Notes under the pieces: model-generated | Told to the model about the DNA's origin: nothing | The model's database searches: none | The model's input: only the letters and a program-made list of their open reading frames with translations | Shown: positions 50,548-64,000 of the stretch, one piece after another | Numbering within the stretch: the first letter of the stretch is position 1 | Layout: the number at the start of each line of letters is the position of its first letter | Translations under genes and position numbers: made by a program | Assembly (NCBI GenBank): GCA_964016885.1 | Contig: OZ024744.1 | Coordinates: 61,442,001-61,506,000 of the forward strand | Direction of reading: 5' to 3' | From: Eledone cirrhosa | Lineage: Eukaryota | Length of the DNA stretch: 64,000 bases

Positions 50548-53141
50548 AAAATTTAAATGGATGACGATATTCCTTAACAGTTCTACCATACTTTAGTCAC
50601 AATCAAATTCAAAGTTCTATGTATGTATGTGTGTATGTATGCGCAGGGACATGGAAATACTCCGCTTGGTACCTGAGCACATGGTTAGCCCACATGGAGT
50701 GAACGACCCCTAGTTCTTGTTAAGACATCATTCTAGAAGGAAAACTCTGATACAAAGCGTCTGACTCAAAGGCATCCAATGATGTTCACCCGTTCTTCTT
50801 TTTAGACACCTGTCACCATTGTTGAGAGAGTGAAATTGGTTCAGTGCAAGGCCTTTCTTCATTTAAATTAGCATCAAGCCACAGATATCACTTCATTTTA
50901 ATGACTTTCTTGTGTGTGTGTAAGCATGGTCTTTTTTTCTTCTTTCACTGCAGCATATGCAGAAAAGAATTTAAGTCTTTAGCAGGGTTAAAAAGTCATG
51001 TTCATGCTACCCATATATGAGAAAAAAGCCAAGGGATGGCAATTCTCAAAACAGAAATGCAGCAATGTATGTATGTATGCACATATGTATTCACATATGT
51101 ATGTATGTGCATATGTAGCAAAATCTATGCAGTGAGATTTGAACTACTGTTCCTCCAGTTGGCAAAATAAATCATACGACCACAGACAGTGACTATTGGT
51201 CTTAAGAACTCAAAAATAGATAAGTGATTTCCTTTTGTACCCAGAGTGGTTTACTTCCTTTGTTTTGGAGACATATATTGCCTAACTGTTTGGAAGAATA
51301 CAGTGTTCTGGAGCCATGTGTTTAGTGTCAACAACAAGATTCACATAAATAGTCTGATCCCTGTTATTTAACAGTCAGACCAGTTCAGACTGTTCCAGCA
51401 ACCAGAACAATGTTGTTGCCGCCAGATACTCATTCTGACCCATTGCGTCACCCCTTTTAGCCAGCAAGCCGAGACAATCATATTCCCATTGAATTCCAGC
51501 AATGGTTAGTTCCATGCATCTTTTCAGACTACTACAGCATTCATGCAAAACCAATCACACATACATAACACACAATTACACTTTGACTCTTTGTTGTTTT
51601 TTACCTGTGTTAAAATAACTTCGACATAAGTTATTTCTTGATAAAAATTATTAAAGTAGCAGTGTTTGTTATTGCAAATGGCAGCTTCACCTTCAACCTT
51701 TAATTACTGGCTATGACAAGGAATACAGCCACACACCTTGACTCTCTGAGATACACTCACAATTCATTTGTCATAAAGTCATAAACATTCGCTCGCTCTG
51801 ATCAATCAACAAGATCCCAGACCTCATTCACTTGTTGATTTGGATGTACCTCATCAAATCAGACCAAGGAAACAATGTTTCCATTGGTCTTTCCATTGCT
51901 GATACTATCTACTGGTTGCAACTCCTGGGAGAAGGAGCAATGTGAAATAAAGTGTTTTGCTCAAGGACACAGCGCATCATCCGGTTCAGGAATCGAATTT
52001 ACAACCTCACGATTGCGAATCTAATTCTTTAACTGCTAAGCCATGCTCCTTCAGAAACATTGACATAGCGTTTTATGGAAGAAGGGAACTTATGGAACTC
52101 CCATCAATCCAGCAATTACTACAACAATTTCTGTCACACTACAATGAACAACTGACCAACCAAACATTATCTTTTACACATGCTTTCATCTAGTCACTAC
52201 ACTAACCAAATTTGTGACATCAAACAATCTTCTTAATTGCCACTACACATATACATGTATGTGTGTATGTTGGTATATATGTATGTTGGTATGTGTATAT
52301 GTGTGTGTATGTGTATGTGTATGTATTTGTGTATGTGTATATATGTATGTGTGTATGTTTGAATGTGTGTATGTGTGTGTGTATTTATATGTGTATGTAT
52401 GTGTGTATGTGTCTGGCTGTATGTATGTATGCATGCATACCTGTATGTATGTATGTACTTATGTATGCATGTACTTATGTATGCATGTATTAAAGTCAAA
52501 AGTGGAAATACTTATGTATATAAGTATGAAAGTGTAAAAGTGAAGCAATTATAATAAGTAAGATATACCAGGTGAGCAGGAAAAAAGCTCCCCCAAAACA
52601 AGCAAATTATACAACAAACGAAGGGATAATGGCTTAACAAAGAACTTCTCCAAATAGAGAAGCCCTAGAGAAGATCGCAATCTATGATAAGAAGAAATAA
52701 GATGTAAGACAGATTTTTGTTAGAGAACAAGAATATACAATAATGAAAGTATTTAAAATATTTTTTTATATATAAATAAACAGAAAGCAAATAAATAAAT
52801 AAATAAAAGGCTGTTGGAAGATACGATGTTAGCTGATAAAATATAAATCTGTTGTTTTAAGTGCAATGTACAATGTTTTAATCTACGAAAGGTAGAGTCA
52901 TAGAGCATGTGTGTTAAAGGGATGTGTTTATAAAGGGCCACAGAACTATGGGTGGGGCTTGGAGTGGGGTTGGTGGTTTACATTAAAAAATAATGGTAGT
53001 GAAGTACAGAGTTGAAGAATACTTCAGTATTTTAATACCTCTAACACACACGCACACATGCACAAATTCTCTCACATACATAACATACACATGCACATGC
53101 AGACATACACACACACACACACACACACATACACACACACA

Positions 53142-53250
<109 letters not shown>

Positions 53251-53441
53251 GTAGAACACTGGAAAGTAATATCCGTAGTGGTAGAACATTCAGTCCATGG
53301 GACGAGTTAGGTAGAAGTGGTTACACAACAGTTAGTTCACCATAAGGTGAAACAATTGTTCTCAGTATGGTGAACTAACTGTTGTGTTTCAATTTATATA
53401 TATATATATATACCAACTCCGAGTATATATATATATATATA

Positions 53442-56400
53442 TACCAACTCCGAGTTGGTACCATCAATGTAAGCACAATGAAAGGAAGAGCAGGAGAAAT
53501 CGTAGAAATGCTAGAGCGAAAGGAAATTGATGTATGCTGTGTGCAAGAGACGAGATGGAGAGGAGAGTCTGCTAGAGTTCTTGTAGGAAAAAGTCGGTGC
53601 TACAAATTTTTCGGATGGGAAATGACGATGGGATGGGTGGTGTAGGTATACTACTAGCTGACAAGTGGGTAGATAAAGTAATCTCAGTGTACGGGGTAAA
53701 TGCAAGAATCATAGACTCAGACTAGTCCTGAATAAAACAATTACCACAATAATATCAGCTTACGCACCCCAATCGGGGTTGCCAGACGAACTTAAGGATA
53801 GATTTTACGAGTCCCTAATGCACACTACTGCTCTAACAAATGACAATGACTTCCTAATCATCGCAGGAGATTTTAACGGACACGTAGGTAAACACTGTGA
53901 CGGCTTCAATAGAGTCCATGAAGGCCATGGGGTTGGCACAAGAAATGAAGAAGAATTCAGACTTCTAGAATTCTGCGACGCCAATAACATGTCCATATGT
54001 AATACAAACTTCAAAAAACCCGACAACCACCTGATCACCTATAGATCAGGGGAGCATTCTAGTCAGATAGATTTTATCCTCATCAGAGGACGTGACAGAA
54101 GGACGGTCGTAAACACAAAAGCCTTCCCTAGTGAGGAATGTACCTCCCAACATAGCTTAGTAGTCAGCGACCTTACAGTCAGAACTAGACGAACCTGGAA
54201 ACAGAGGCCAACCTGGAGAAGAAAGATCTGGAAGCTGAAAGACCCCTCAGCCAGTAACAGATTTAAAGATATTTTACTCAACGCCTATGACAGTAAAGAA
54301 GAACAGATAGAGACATTCAATGTAGAAGAGCACTGGGAGTTCCTAAAAAATAACTTACTAGAGGCGACGGGTGAGGTCTGTGGCTGGAGTAAGACCACAA
54401 GCAGGAGGAGAGTGACTTGGTGGTGGAACAATAAGGTAGATGAGGCAGTTAAGGCCAAGAGACAGGCAAGGAAAGAATGGAAGAATGGGGGGAGCATGGT
54501 ACATTATATAGAGACCAAGAGGGAAGCTAGGCGACAAGTATACTTAGCTAGGAGGGAAGTAGAGGATAGAAAATTCAAACATGTTTTGCAACGTGAGGAC
54601 CAGAAACAGGAGGTGTTCAAGATTGCGAGGCAGTGTGTCAGAGAGAATTGTGATGTCATTGGAGAGAAGTGTATCCGGAATGATAAAGGTGAGCTTACCC
54701 TCACAAGTGCTGAGAAGAAAGATGCATGGAAGAGTCATTATGATAGATTACTAAATGAGGAGAATGCATGGGAAGAAGAGACCCTATCCCAAGTAGACCC
54801 TATAGAGGGGCCAACAGTACAAGTCAGCAGCAGCGTAGTAAGTAAGGCAATCAAAGATATGAAGATGGAGAAGGCAACTGGTCCATCGGGTATAGCTGCC
54901 GAGATGCTGAAGGCATCTGGGTCTGTAGGTCACACTATAACCACACGTATTGTTAACCAGGTAATACTTGAAGGTGTCATACCAAAAGATCGGTGCAGTA
55001 GCATCATTGTCAACTGCTCGATAGAGGAAACTATAGAGGTATAAAGCTGATGGATCAGGTCATGAAAGTAACAGAAAGAGTTATAGCAGAGTTGATTAGG
55101 GACCGGGTGAAACTAGATGAGATGCAATTTGGGTTTGTACCAGGAAGAAGCACCACTGATGCCCTCTTCCTTGTGAGGCAGTTACAGGAAAAGTACCTAG
55201 CTAAAAGTAAGCCACTCTACCTGGCATTCGTCGATCTCGAGAAAGCCTTTGACAGAGTCCCACGTGCTGTAATCTGGTGGGCTCTTAGAAAACTAGAAGT
55301 AGATGAATGGCTTGTGAAAGCTGTACAAGCCATGTATAGGGAAGCAGTCAGCAAAGTTAGGATTAGGAATGAGTATAGCGAGGAATTTAGCGTACAGGTT
55401 GGGGTCCACCAGGGCTCTGTTCTTAGCCCTCTCCTGTTCATCATAGTCCTACAGGCAATAACGGAGGAGTTTAAGACCGGATGCCCATGGGAACTCCTGT
55501 ATGCTGATGACCTCGCACTTATAGCTGAATCTATGGTAGAACTAGAGAAGAAATTCCAAACTTGGAAGCAGGGACTAGAAAGAAAGGGTCTCAAAGTCAA
55601 CATGACAAAGACTAAGGTCATTGTAAGTAGACGAGAAAACAGAACCCAGATCCCCTCAGGGAAATGGCCTTGCTTAGTATGTGGGAAAGATGTAGGTAGG
55701 AATGCCATTCTCTGCCCCAAATGCAAACAATGGGTACACAAGAGATGTAGCGGGATCTCAGGAAGCTTAATTAAGAATGTAGGCTTCACATGCAGCAGCT
55801 GTACTGGAACAGCAAGCAGCAAACAGCCACAGGAAACAAGTACCACCAATCTCTGGGAGGGCTCTGTAGAGACAGTAGACAGCTTCTGCTACCTAGGTGA
55901 CCGAATTAGCAGCGGAGGTGGGTGTTCAGAAAGTACAATTACTAGGATAAGAACGGGATGGAAGAAGTTCAGGGAACTACTACCACTGCTAGCTGCAAAA
56001 GGCTTCTCCCTCAAAATGAAAGGCAGACTGTATGATGCGTGTATCCGAACAGCAATGTTACATGGTAGTGAGACCTGGGCGCTGAAGGTGGAAGACTTAC
56101 GTAGATTAGAGAGAAACGAAGCCTGCATACTCCGATGGATGTGTAATAGTAATATACGCGAACGACAAAGCATAAATGAATTGAGAGAGAGACTGAGCAT
56201 AAGAGGAATCAAATGCTGTGTGCAGGAGAGGCGGTTGTGTTGGTATGGACATGTGATGTGTATGAAGGATGACAGCTGCATAAAAAGGTGCAGATCACTA
56301 GAAGTCGATGGAAACCGCGTAGTGGGGAGACCCAAGATGACCTGGGATGAGGTGATAAAAGCCGACTTTACCCAATTACACCTCTCAAAGGCGATGACAC

Positions 56401-56524
56401 ACGACCGTGACCTCTGGCGTCACGCAGTAATACAGAGTACCCGACCTCCCATGGGTACAAGCTGAACCCATCTAACCCATGCTAGCGTGGAAGAATGGAT
56501 GTAAAACAGTGATGATGATGATGA

Positions 56525-56527
<3 letters not shown>
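53442..56527 (+). mobile_element. Near-full-length RTE LINE (APE, RT, PHD-like finger)
   Basis: ORF pieces 53442-53645, 53779-55044 and 55050-56465 with CVQETRW, GDFNGHVG, SQIDFIL, QGSVLSP and YADD; shortened 3' UTR; (GAT)n then (TA)n. Confidence 0.97.
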
Positions 56528-56575
<48 letters not shown>

Positions 56576-59424
56576 TATATATATTATATAACTAAAATTA
56601 TTCTCTGTTGCTACTCTGTTTCATAGATTGCTGCTGAAAAAAAGCTGATACCAATTAATTGATGCAACTCTAATAAACTAATATATTATATTTTACGTAC
56701 ATAACATGGAAAAAGATAGAAGGCTAAACAATGCAAAATGGACTGTAAGATGAGGTAACGAAAAGTAAGTTACCTGGTAATCTTTGTTTTGTTTTTGTTG
56801 TTGCTGTTCTTTTTTCTGGAACATTTTCCCTTGGGAGTTCCTTATTTTATATATACTATTATATTTTAATGGTAAAGGCTTTATCTTGCATAATTATCTC
56901 ACATAATATCGAATCTATGAGATTTTGAAAGTATTTATTTTGAAAACAATACCTTAACATCAGTTTGAGTGACCAGTTACAGCCAGTTTCAACAGAAAGA
57001 GGTAGAGAATTCTGGCCAGTTTTGGCTGGTTTGAACATTAAAGGGTTAAACCCTGAAGAAGGAACTTTAGGTCCTAAAATATTGGGCAAATGGAAGACGT
57101 AAATTCTTCTGATGATTGATTTGCATCTCCCATAACTTTACCAAAATCAATAGTTGGTGATCGATTGCTTAGATCGATTTTAAGTTATGGTTCCTAGAAT
57201 CGTGAAATGACGCCATTAGGAAATAAGAACTTTTTCCAGTTTGAAGTACATATTTTCCTAAATATCATGTGCTTTTTATGTGTACAAAATACTGTTTTCT
57301 AATAAGATATATGGCTCTTTCTCTAAATATATACATATATCTATAAATTTGAATTATTGATGCTCTGGACAATGTCCATTGAGCTTTTCTACTGCGGAGA
57401 ACAAATATCATACATAATATATATGTTCTGATACCTTAAATATATATATATATATATCACAAGGATACAAGTTCAGGTAGAAAAAGTTATGCCAATAAAG
57501 CTTCAAGTTCAATGTACTTTCATGCTCAGCAAAGATAAGTTGGAATCATCTTGTCACAAGTATAATCTGAAAAAGTGTGAGGACTCAAACAGTGGGTTAA
57601 TAGATCTGTTGGGTTGTATGAATGCAGAAGCTACAGAGCATATAAATAATTGTTTCTACTTTTGGCACAAGGCCAATTACCCCAGTGCATTACTGGTGCT
57701 TTATTTTATTAACCCTGTAAGGATGAAAGGCAAAGCTAACCTCAGGGATTTGAATTCAGAACTTAAATTATCCCATTACTTTCCTATTTCAGTCCTTGAA
57801 TTTTTTTTAGTCTGGAACATTTTTAACCGTTTTGATATCAACATAGCCAAAATCAGCTTTAGTTATATGAAACAAAACTATCCTTTTTAAAGGAGTTCCT
57901 ATTATAAATTAAAATCTTCCAGGATAATTTTATATAAGAATTGTTTGTTATGTTACTATCTCAGTAATGAAATAATAAATAATTTTAGCAAACCCTTCCA
58001 AACTTTTCATTAATTTGGATTGGCAGTATCGGTATGTCCCTTTACGATCTGAGTTCAAATCCCGCCGAGGTTGACTTTGCCTTTCATCCTTACGGGGTCG
58101 ATAAAATAAAGTACCAGTAATGCACTGGGTAATTGTTGGCCTTGTGCCTAAAGTAGAAATAATTAATTAATTGAAATGAAGTATATTTCATTAAAATTAT
58201 GCAAATGACAGGGATAATCATATATCTACTCGATCAGCGCTGACCTGGAGGTAAGCTTTTACAGCATCAACAATAACAACAACAATAATATCAACAACAA
58301 TAATAACAGCAGCAGTAGCAATAGATCCTACTCTATAAGAATACTAAGCATTCATAGGTACCACATTTGGCCAACAAATGATGTACATTCGTTTTTAGAG
58401 CAACCACAGGTACCATATGTTGTCAATAGAAACAAACAAACAACAGCAACACCAACAACAATGGCAGTGGTGGGGTGTACAAGTGATACACAAGAGATCC
58501 ATCATCTAATAAAAAAAAAAAGCCCCCACCCTCCCTCACATGTCGACAGACCACACCTATAAACCATTCAACATACATAATGTAACCCAAAATACTTAAA
58601 CTGAAAAGCTAAAGAGCATTGTTTTATATCTAAAGGGTATTATATTTGTTTTACTTTTTGTGATTTTATTGTTTTGTTATCATTTAACATATTATACAGG
58701 GTATTTTTTAGAGATGCACGTTGGATTATCCAGCTCTGCCTTTGAATCCAGTTCTTCTCCATACACTAACACACACACACGCGCGCATGCGCGCACACGC
58801 ACACACACACACGCACAATAAACTACAAGGAGCACAAAAATAATGTCCCTTCACGTCATGACAGGCTGCACAAATACCACACCCATAGACCACTACTTAC
58901 ATAATGAAACCAAAAACACTTAAATTGAATAGACTTTGGTGGACATGATAGGCTGAGGGGGATTAAATGCTAGGGTGGGGCACAGTTTGTTATTGAGGCA
59001 AGCTCCAGCACTAGATAGTCAATCACTCTTGATAAAAATAACACTCATACATCTATGACACCACACCATACCACACCACGCCACACCACATTGCAATCTA
59101 CTATCATCCTAACATTACTAACCATCCCTCACAGTCCAAACAAACACAAAAACCAAACTCACAAAAGCACACACACACACAGAAGTACGCATACACCAGA
59201 AAGCACATATATACAAACAAAAGCACACATATACAAACAAACTCACACATTTACAAACAAAAGCACACATATACAAACAAAAGCACATATATATATACAA
59301 AAGCACACATATACACACACAAGTAAACATATGTACAAAAGCACAGTTATAGGCACAAAAGCACACATTTTCAAACAAAAGTACACATAGAAATAATCAG
59401 GAAAATGAGAAATGAAAAGCTGCT

Positions 59425-61400
59425 GGACCAACAGAGATAGTCACTGAGAGGCTAAAATCATCTGGAGAGGTAGGGGTCATGCTAGTCACTCACATAATCA
59501 ATCAGGTAATACAAACTGGAGTCATACTCAATGACTGGTGTAGCAATATACCCATTAATTGTTCTAAGGGAAAGGTTTATGCTCTAGAAATGAGCAACTA
59601 CAAAGGTATTTTAGCACAACTAATTAGGGAAAGAGTCAAATTGGATGAGATACAGTTTGGTTTTGTGCTAGGGAGGAACATCACAGTTTCCCTTTTCTTA
59701 GTGAGACAACTACAAGAAAAGTTCCTAGCTAAGTGTAAGCCACTATATCTAGCTTTTGTTGATCTAGAGATGGCTTTTAACAGAGTTCCACAATCTGTTA
59801 TCTGGTGGTTCTTCAGGAAACTGAAGATGAGAAACTGAAGTGAGAATAGGTAATGAGTTTATTGAGGAATTCCATGTGCAGCTAGGTGTTCATCAGGGCT
59901 CACTCTTCAGTTATTCCTGGCCATAACAGAGAAGTTAAGACTGATTGCCCATAAGCTCCTATATGCTGAAGACCTGGTTCTTATAGCCAGAACTAGAGTA
60001 ATTCTTACTGTGGAAATAGAACTTAGAATCACAAGGACTCAAATTAAACTTAGAAAATACCAAAGTTTTAGTAAGTAGGAAATAATTTAGGGCTCTAGTT
60101 CCATCAGGGAAGTGGTCATTCTCAATATGTAGAAAAAGAGTAGGTGGTATAGAAGAAAAATAATATTATGCCATATTGGCATAATATTAATAAGAAATTT
60201 TATTATGCCGTGTTGGCATAATAAGAATAAGAAGAATCATGTTATAGATGATAATACACAAGGTATTGGAATATCAATAAATGTAATGGTTTGTTATGTG
60301 TGAGAGGGCAATGTTAGTTGAATTGAGGTTTGGTTGCAAGTCCCAGGTTCTGTTGCTGCAGTGATAATAACTCTGAAAAAGATCTTTCCATATCACATTT
60401 AAAGACTATGGCTGTGGTAATAGCATTACAAGACTTTAGGGCTTTTTACATATTTTATTTACAACCGATTCAAAGTAGAGTTGAGTTGAGTTGAGCTGAC
60501 ATGTCAAACAAACAGTAACAAACAAATTAAGAGTTACGAAGGTACGGTCGACTGTCCAACATGTCGCCGACCAGGCCGAAGTGAGGTTGTTGTCATTACA
60601 TAATGGTTAGTGGTCGAACGGCAAGAGAAAAATGGTGTTTACCTTTCTATGATTAAGCAGCAACTCCTTTGGGAAAACAAAAGAGGCAGGAAAATCTTTG
60701 TTTTGGGCGGAAATTGAAATACATATCCGTGCGCGGCTTATGACTGGTCAGACTTAGTCAAATCACGCACAAATAGCTTATTGATATGCCAAGCAAGTAA
60801 CTTCACTACAGTGGGAACTCTATACGATGTACACAATGTAAAATTTGGGTGAGTAAGAGGTGAAGTGAAACTGTAGGTAGAAAAAGTTCAGGGAACTACT
60901 ACTCAAAAGATTTCTCTATGAACGAAAGGCTGGTTGTATGATGCATTTATGGTGCAATATTGAATGGAAGTGAAAGATGAGTAGTAAATGCTGTGGATAC
61001 GAGAAAGCTGGAGAGAAATGAAGTGAGATGGCTTCAATGATATGTGATGTTAATATGCACAAATGGTAAAGCATGGATGATCTGTAGAGAAAATGTCTAT
61101 TAGAGGAATCAAATGTAGTGTGTAGGAATGACGATTGTGCTGGTATGGTCAAGTAATGCATATGGAAGATAATCATTGAGTAAAGAAGTATCAGGAGTTT
61201 CCAGTGGAAAGAAAGTACAGTTGAGGAAAGGCCAGGAAAACTCAAGCAGAAGTGGTAAAAGCTGATCATAAAACATTGAACCTCATAGAGGAGATGAAAA
61301 AGGAATGCAACAAATGGAGGGAAATTGTACTGAAGAACACTCATCCAATCTATGGATCAAGCATGGAGAAACACTCATAAAAATTCTGATGGTGGATGAT
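59425..61400 (+). mobile_element. Old RTE fragment interrupted by a ~650-bp insertion (~60160-60810, possibly Helentron-associated)
   Basis: LAFVDLEMAFNRV. The insert starts with TATTATGCC..GGCATAATA hairpins. Confidence 0.7.
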
Positions 61401-62201
61401 ATAACATCAGGGTTCACCAACTGATGTTATATCATGTTAAAGCTTCATTAGGGCTCTACTTTATTCTGCTTGACCATATATATATATATCCATTCTACCG
61501 TGGTTACTTAACACCTGATGGAGTTGAGGGGGGGGGGGGCAGTTATGTCATAGGTCATGTCTTTGGCATTTAAACTTAGTAGAACCCATTTCTCAACAAA
61601 TCTGAAAACAGTCAACTTCTTCCAGATGAGAGAGAGAGAGATGGGGTGGAAGAATCTACTCTAGTGCTGGAGTGATACTTTATTTAAGGACATTGTAAGA
61701 CAGGAAGCAAGGTAATGTTGAACTTAGCAGGACTTGAACTCAGAGCACAGAAGGCAGGGATAAATATCATGAAGAATTCTAACCGATATTCTAATGACTT
61801 CATCAACTTTCCACCTACATATGCATATATCTAGGACCACATAGCCCACTCTTATGTATTGATATTACCTTTTTTTTTTTTAAATGACAGAATAGAGTCA
61901 CCATCCTCAATGATATTTCAACTTAAAAATACAACAGGATGTTGCTCCATACTCCACAAAACATTTGTTCTGACATTCAACCATTCAATCCACTGCACTA
62001 CACTATTTTATTTTTCATATATTTATCTATTTTTATTTATATGTGTAAGTTATTGTGAAAATATAGCTCTATAGCTTTAGTTAAGCTATATGCAAAATAA
62101 TAATAAATAGTGATTTGTCAAACTGTTGATAATTGCATGACAAACATTTACAAATGTAAGAAGGAGCGATCTTCCCTTAAAGTTCAGGTCTTGTTACTCA
62201 C

Positions 62202-62276
62202 CTCACCGGAAGTACCTTCACTGCGGACCCGTTCAATAACCAGTCTACAGTAAAGTCCCTTCCCTCAACAGTTTGT
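62202..62276 (-). CDS. Candidate 75-nt symmetric exon
   Basis: Consensus-like donor GAG|GTGAGT; open frame QTVEGRDFTVDWLLNGSAVKVLPV. The acceptor (AAG) is weak, so this could be a non-coding first exon. Confidence 0.3.
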
Positions 62277-62964
62277 CTTTACAAGCTCGAGGCAATATTC
62301 TACAGCTCAATTACAATTTTGTTTTATTCTTTGAAAAATCCCCCATCCCATCCTTTTCTTCATTATCAGTGATACAATATTATATTCACTGATAACATAT
62401 TTATTGCAAATATACAAATAAGGAATTTGTTTGTATTTTTACTTATTTTTAGTTTATAACTATTTCTGTCTGCAAAATTAGTGTCCATTTCATTATTTTA
62501 TAGAAACACTAAAAAGTCATAATTATTTTACCTATATAACCTGATACTAACTACAGTGGCAAAGATATACCCACAAAATTACCCATCATATGACAAATTA
62601 TGCTCTAGGATCATCATCATCATCATCATCATCATTTAATGTTCACTTTCCCTGCTAGTAAGGGTTGGATGGGTATTCACTGACCGAGTCAGTACAGAAG
62701 CAGGTTACTGACCTTGCATCTCACTTATATATATTGTTCCACATTCTACTGATTGCATTTTATGATGGCACCAGCACTAGAGAGGTTGTCATGTCTTTCA
62801 CATAACTGAAGGGTCCTCCCAATCCTTTGTTTGGCAAACTTTCTATGGCTGGATGCCTTTCCTATCGCAAACCACTTTACAGCTTGTAATGGGTGCATTT
62901 ATTGTGTTTATCACCAACACTAGGGAGATTGTCATGTCAACTGAAAGGTCCTCCCTCCTGTGTA

Positions 62965-63071
62965 AAAATGAGAAAACTCATTGCTAGAACAACCTTTAAA
63001 ACAGCTAAATGCTGTCAAAGACATCATTTAGCTGTTTTGACGGCTGTTCTAGCAAGGTGTTTTCTCATTTT
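62965..63071. repeat. Hairpin MITE-like element; single arms also at ~33190 and ~34020
   Basis: AAAATGAGAAAAC..AAAACAGCTAAATG / CATTTAGCTGTTTT..GTTTTCTCATTTT. Confidence 0.7.
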
Positions 63072-63853
63072 ATATGTATTCAAATATACTCTCACTTCAT
63101 CTTAATCAGAGACAACATTGTTTATATATATATAAACACCATGAATTTATATTTATTTTACTTATGTAACATAACCTAATGTACACAAAAAGGTAAAAAT
63201 ATACTTCAAAATATACTTCAAAATTTACTTTTCATATGATGGGTAACACCCTAGTAATAAAATACTGCATTTCCAGGCATGGAAGGTGTTCTTTTTCCCA
63301 AAAATAAATGCAGAAAATTTACCCTGCATCTTGGAGGCTGGAGGTTCCATTATTTATTATTAATTTGCCTTTTCAAAATTTAGCAATTCAAAATAGACGT
63401 GTGTCCACAACATTAGAATCTATTTGATGCTGGGTAATAGAAAGAAATAATTTTTATCTCAAAATTCACTTTACACTGCTCTCTAATAACCTACATAACC
63501 TGATGAGTGTATATCTACATAGTACCCAGTCCCACTACAAAGTATTCTTAACTGTACCAAAAATATGACAAAAAAGCTGGCTGCAGCACAACATCAAAAA
63601 ACATATTTTGTGGCTGCCAAGTTTAACAAAGTGAAAATAGTACGTTAAACTGGAAGAAAATGAATAAAATTAAATTCTCAGTTCATAAATTAAAAAAAAA
63701 GGCCAAATCGATATAAGTTTTCTTTTTTTTTAAATTTTAAATGATCTGGTGTGTATAAAGCTAAGATGACAGAAGTGAAAGTCATTGCCACTAAATTTCA
63801 AATTAAAAATTGAAGTTGATCAATATCATTATGATAGTGTTTATAAATCTTAC

Positions 63854-63887
63854 ATTGTTGTCAGTTCCATAGTAAAGAAATTCATCA
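63854..63887 (-). CDS. Candidate 34-nt exon
   Basis: CATATCTTTTCAG|...AAT|GTAAGA; frames DEFLYYGTDNN or MNFFTMELTT. Confidence 0.35.
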
Positions 63888-64000
63888 CTGAAAAGATATG
63901 TTTTGAAGAAGTGGAAGAAGATCAAATGACACAAACCCTTGTAAGTACCAATCCATAGATTTGAGTACTGCCTAGAATAACTGTGATTGACCCAGAAGTC

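Noticed and set aside
55217-55849. Long antisense ORFs over the RTE RT (also 3954-4640 and 17676-18230)
   Set aside because: Shadow frames of the LINE ORF.

Overview
AT-rich, repeat-saturated animal genomic DNA. The SINE/LINE complement and the extreme (TA)n/(CA)n/(TATG)n microsatellite load suggest a coleoid cephalopod, probably an octopus; this is inference. No intact long host-gene ORF is present, and most ORF-track entries are microsatellite or antisense artefacts. The window holds many decayed RTE-clade LINEs, two of them near full length, with a PHD-like finger inside the RT region. It also holds two R4/Dong-like RLE retrotransposon copies beside (CATA)n repeats, an L1/Tx1-like fragment, a gag-deleted Ty3/gypsy LTR element, a non-autonomous Helitron, mariner-, piggyBac- and hAT-like MITE remnants and tRNA-derived SINEs. 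The strongest unexpected signal is a set of small inverted-repeat elements lodged in (TA)n tracts. Four sequence-unrelated families each carry a hand-foldable minimal type I hammerhead ribozyme (CUGANGA...GAAA-palindrome-UH with paired stem I) and share a downstream ACTC..GAGTG hairpin. Two further families share the architecture but lack a canonical hammerhead, and one of them retains a Penelope endonuclease C-terminus. Small phase-compatible exon candidates on the minus strand suggest the window is mostly intronic to a host gene with micro-exons and alternative last exons. All structures and alignments were done by eye and need computational confirmation; element boundaries are approximate.
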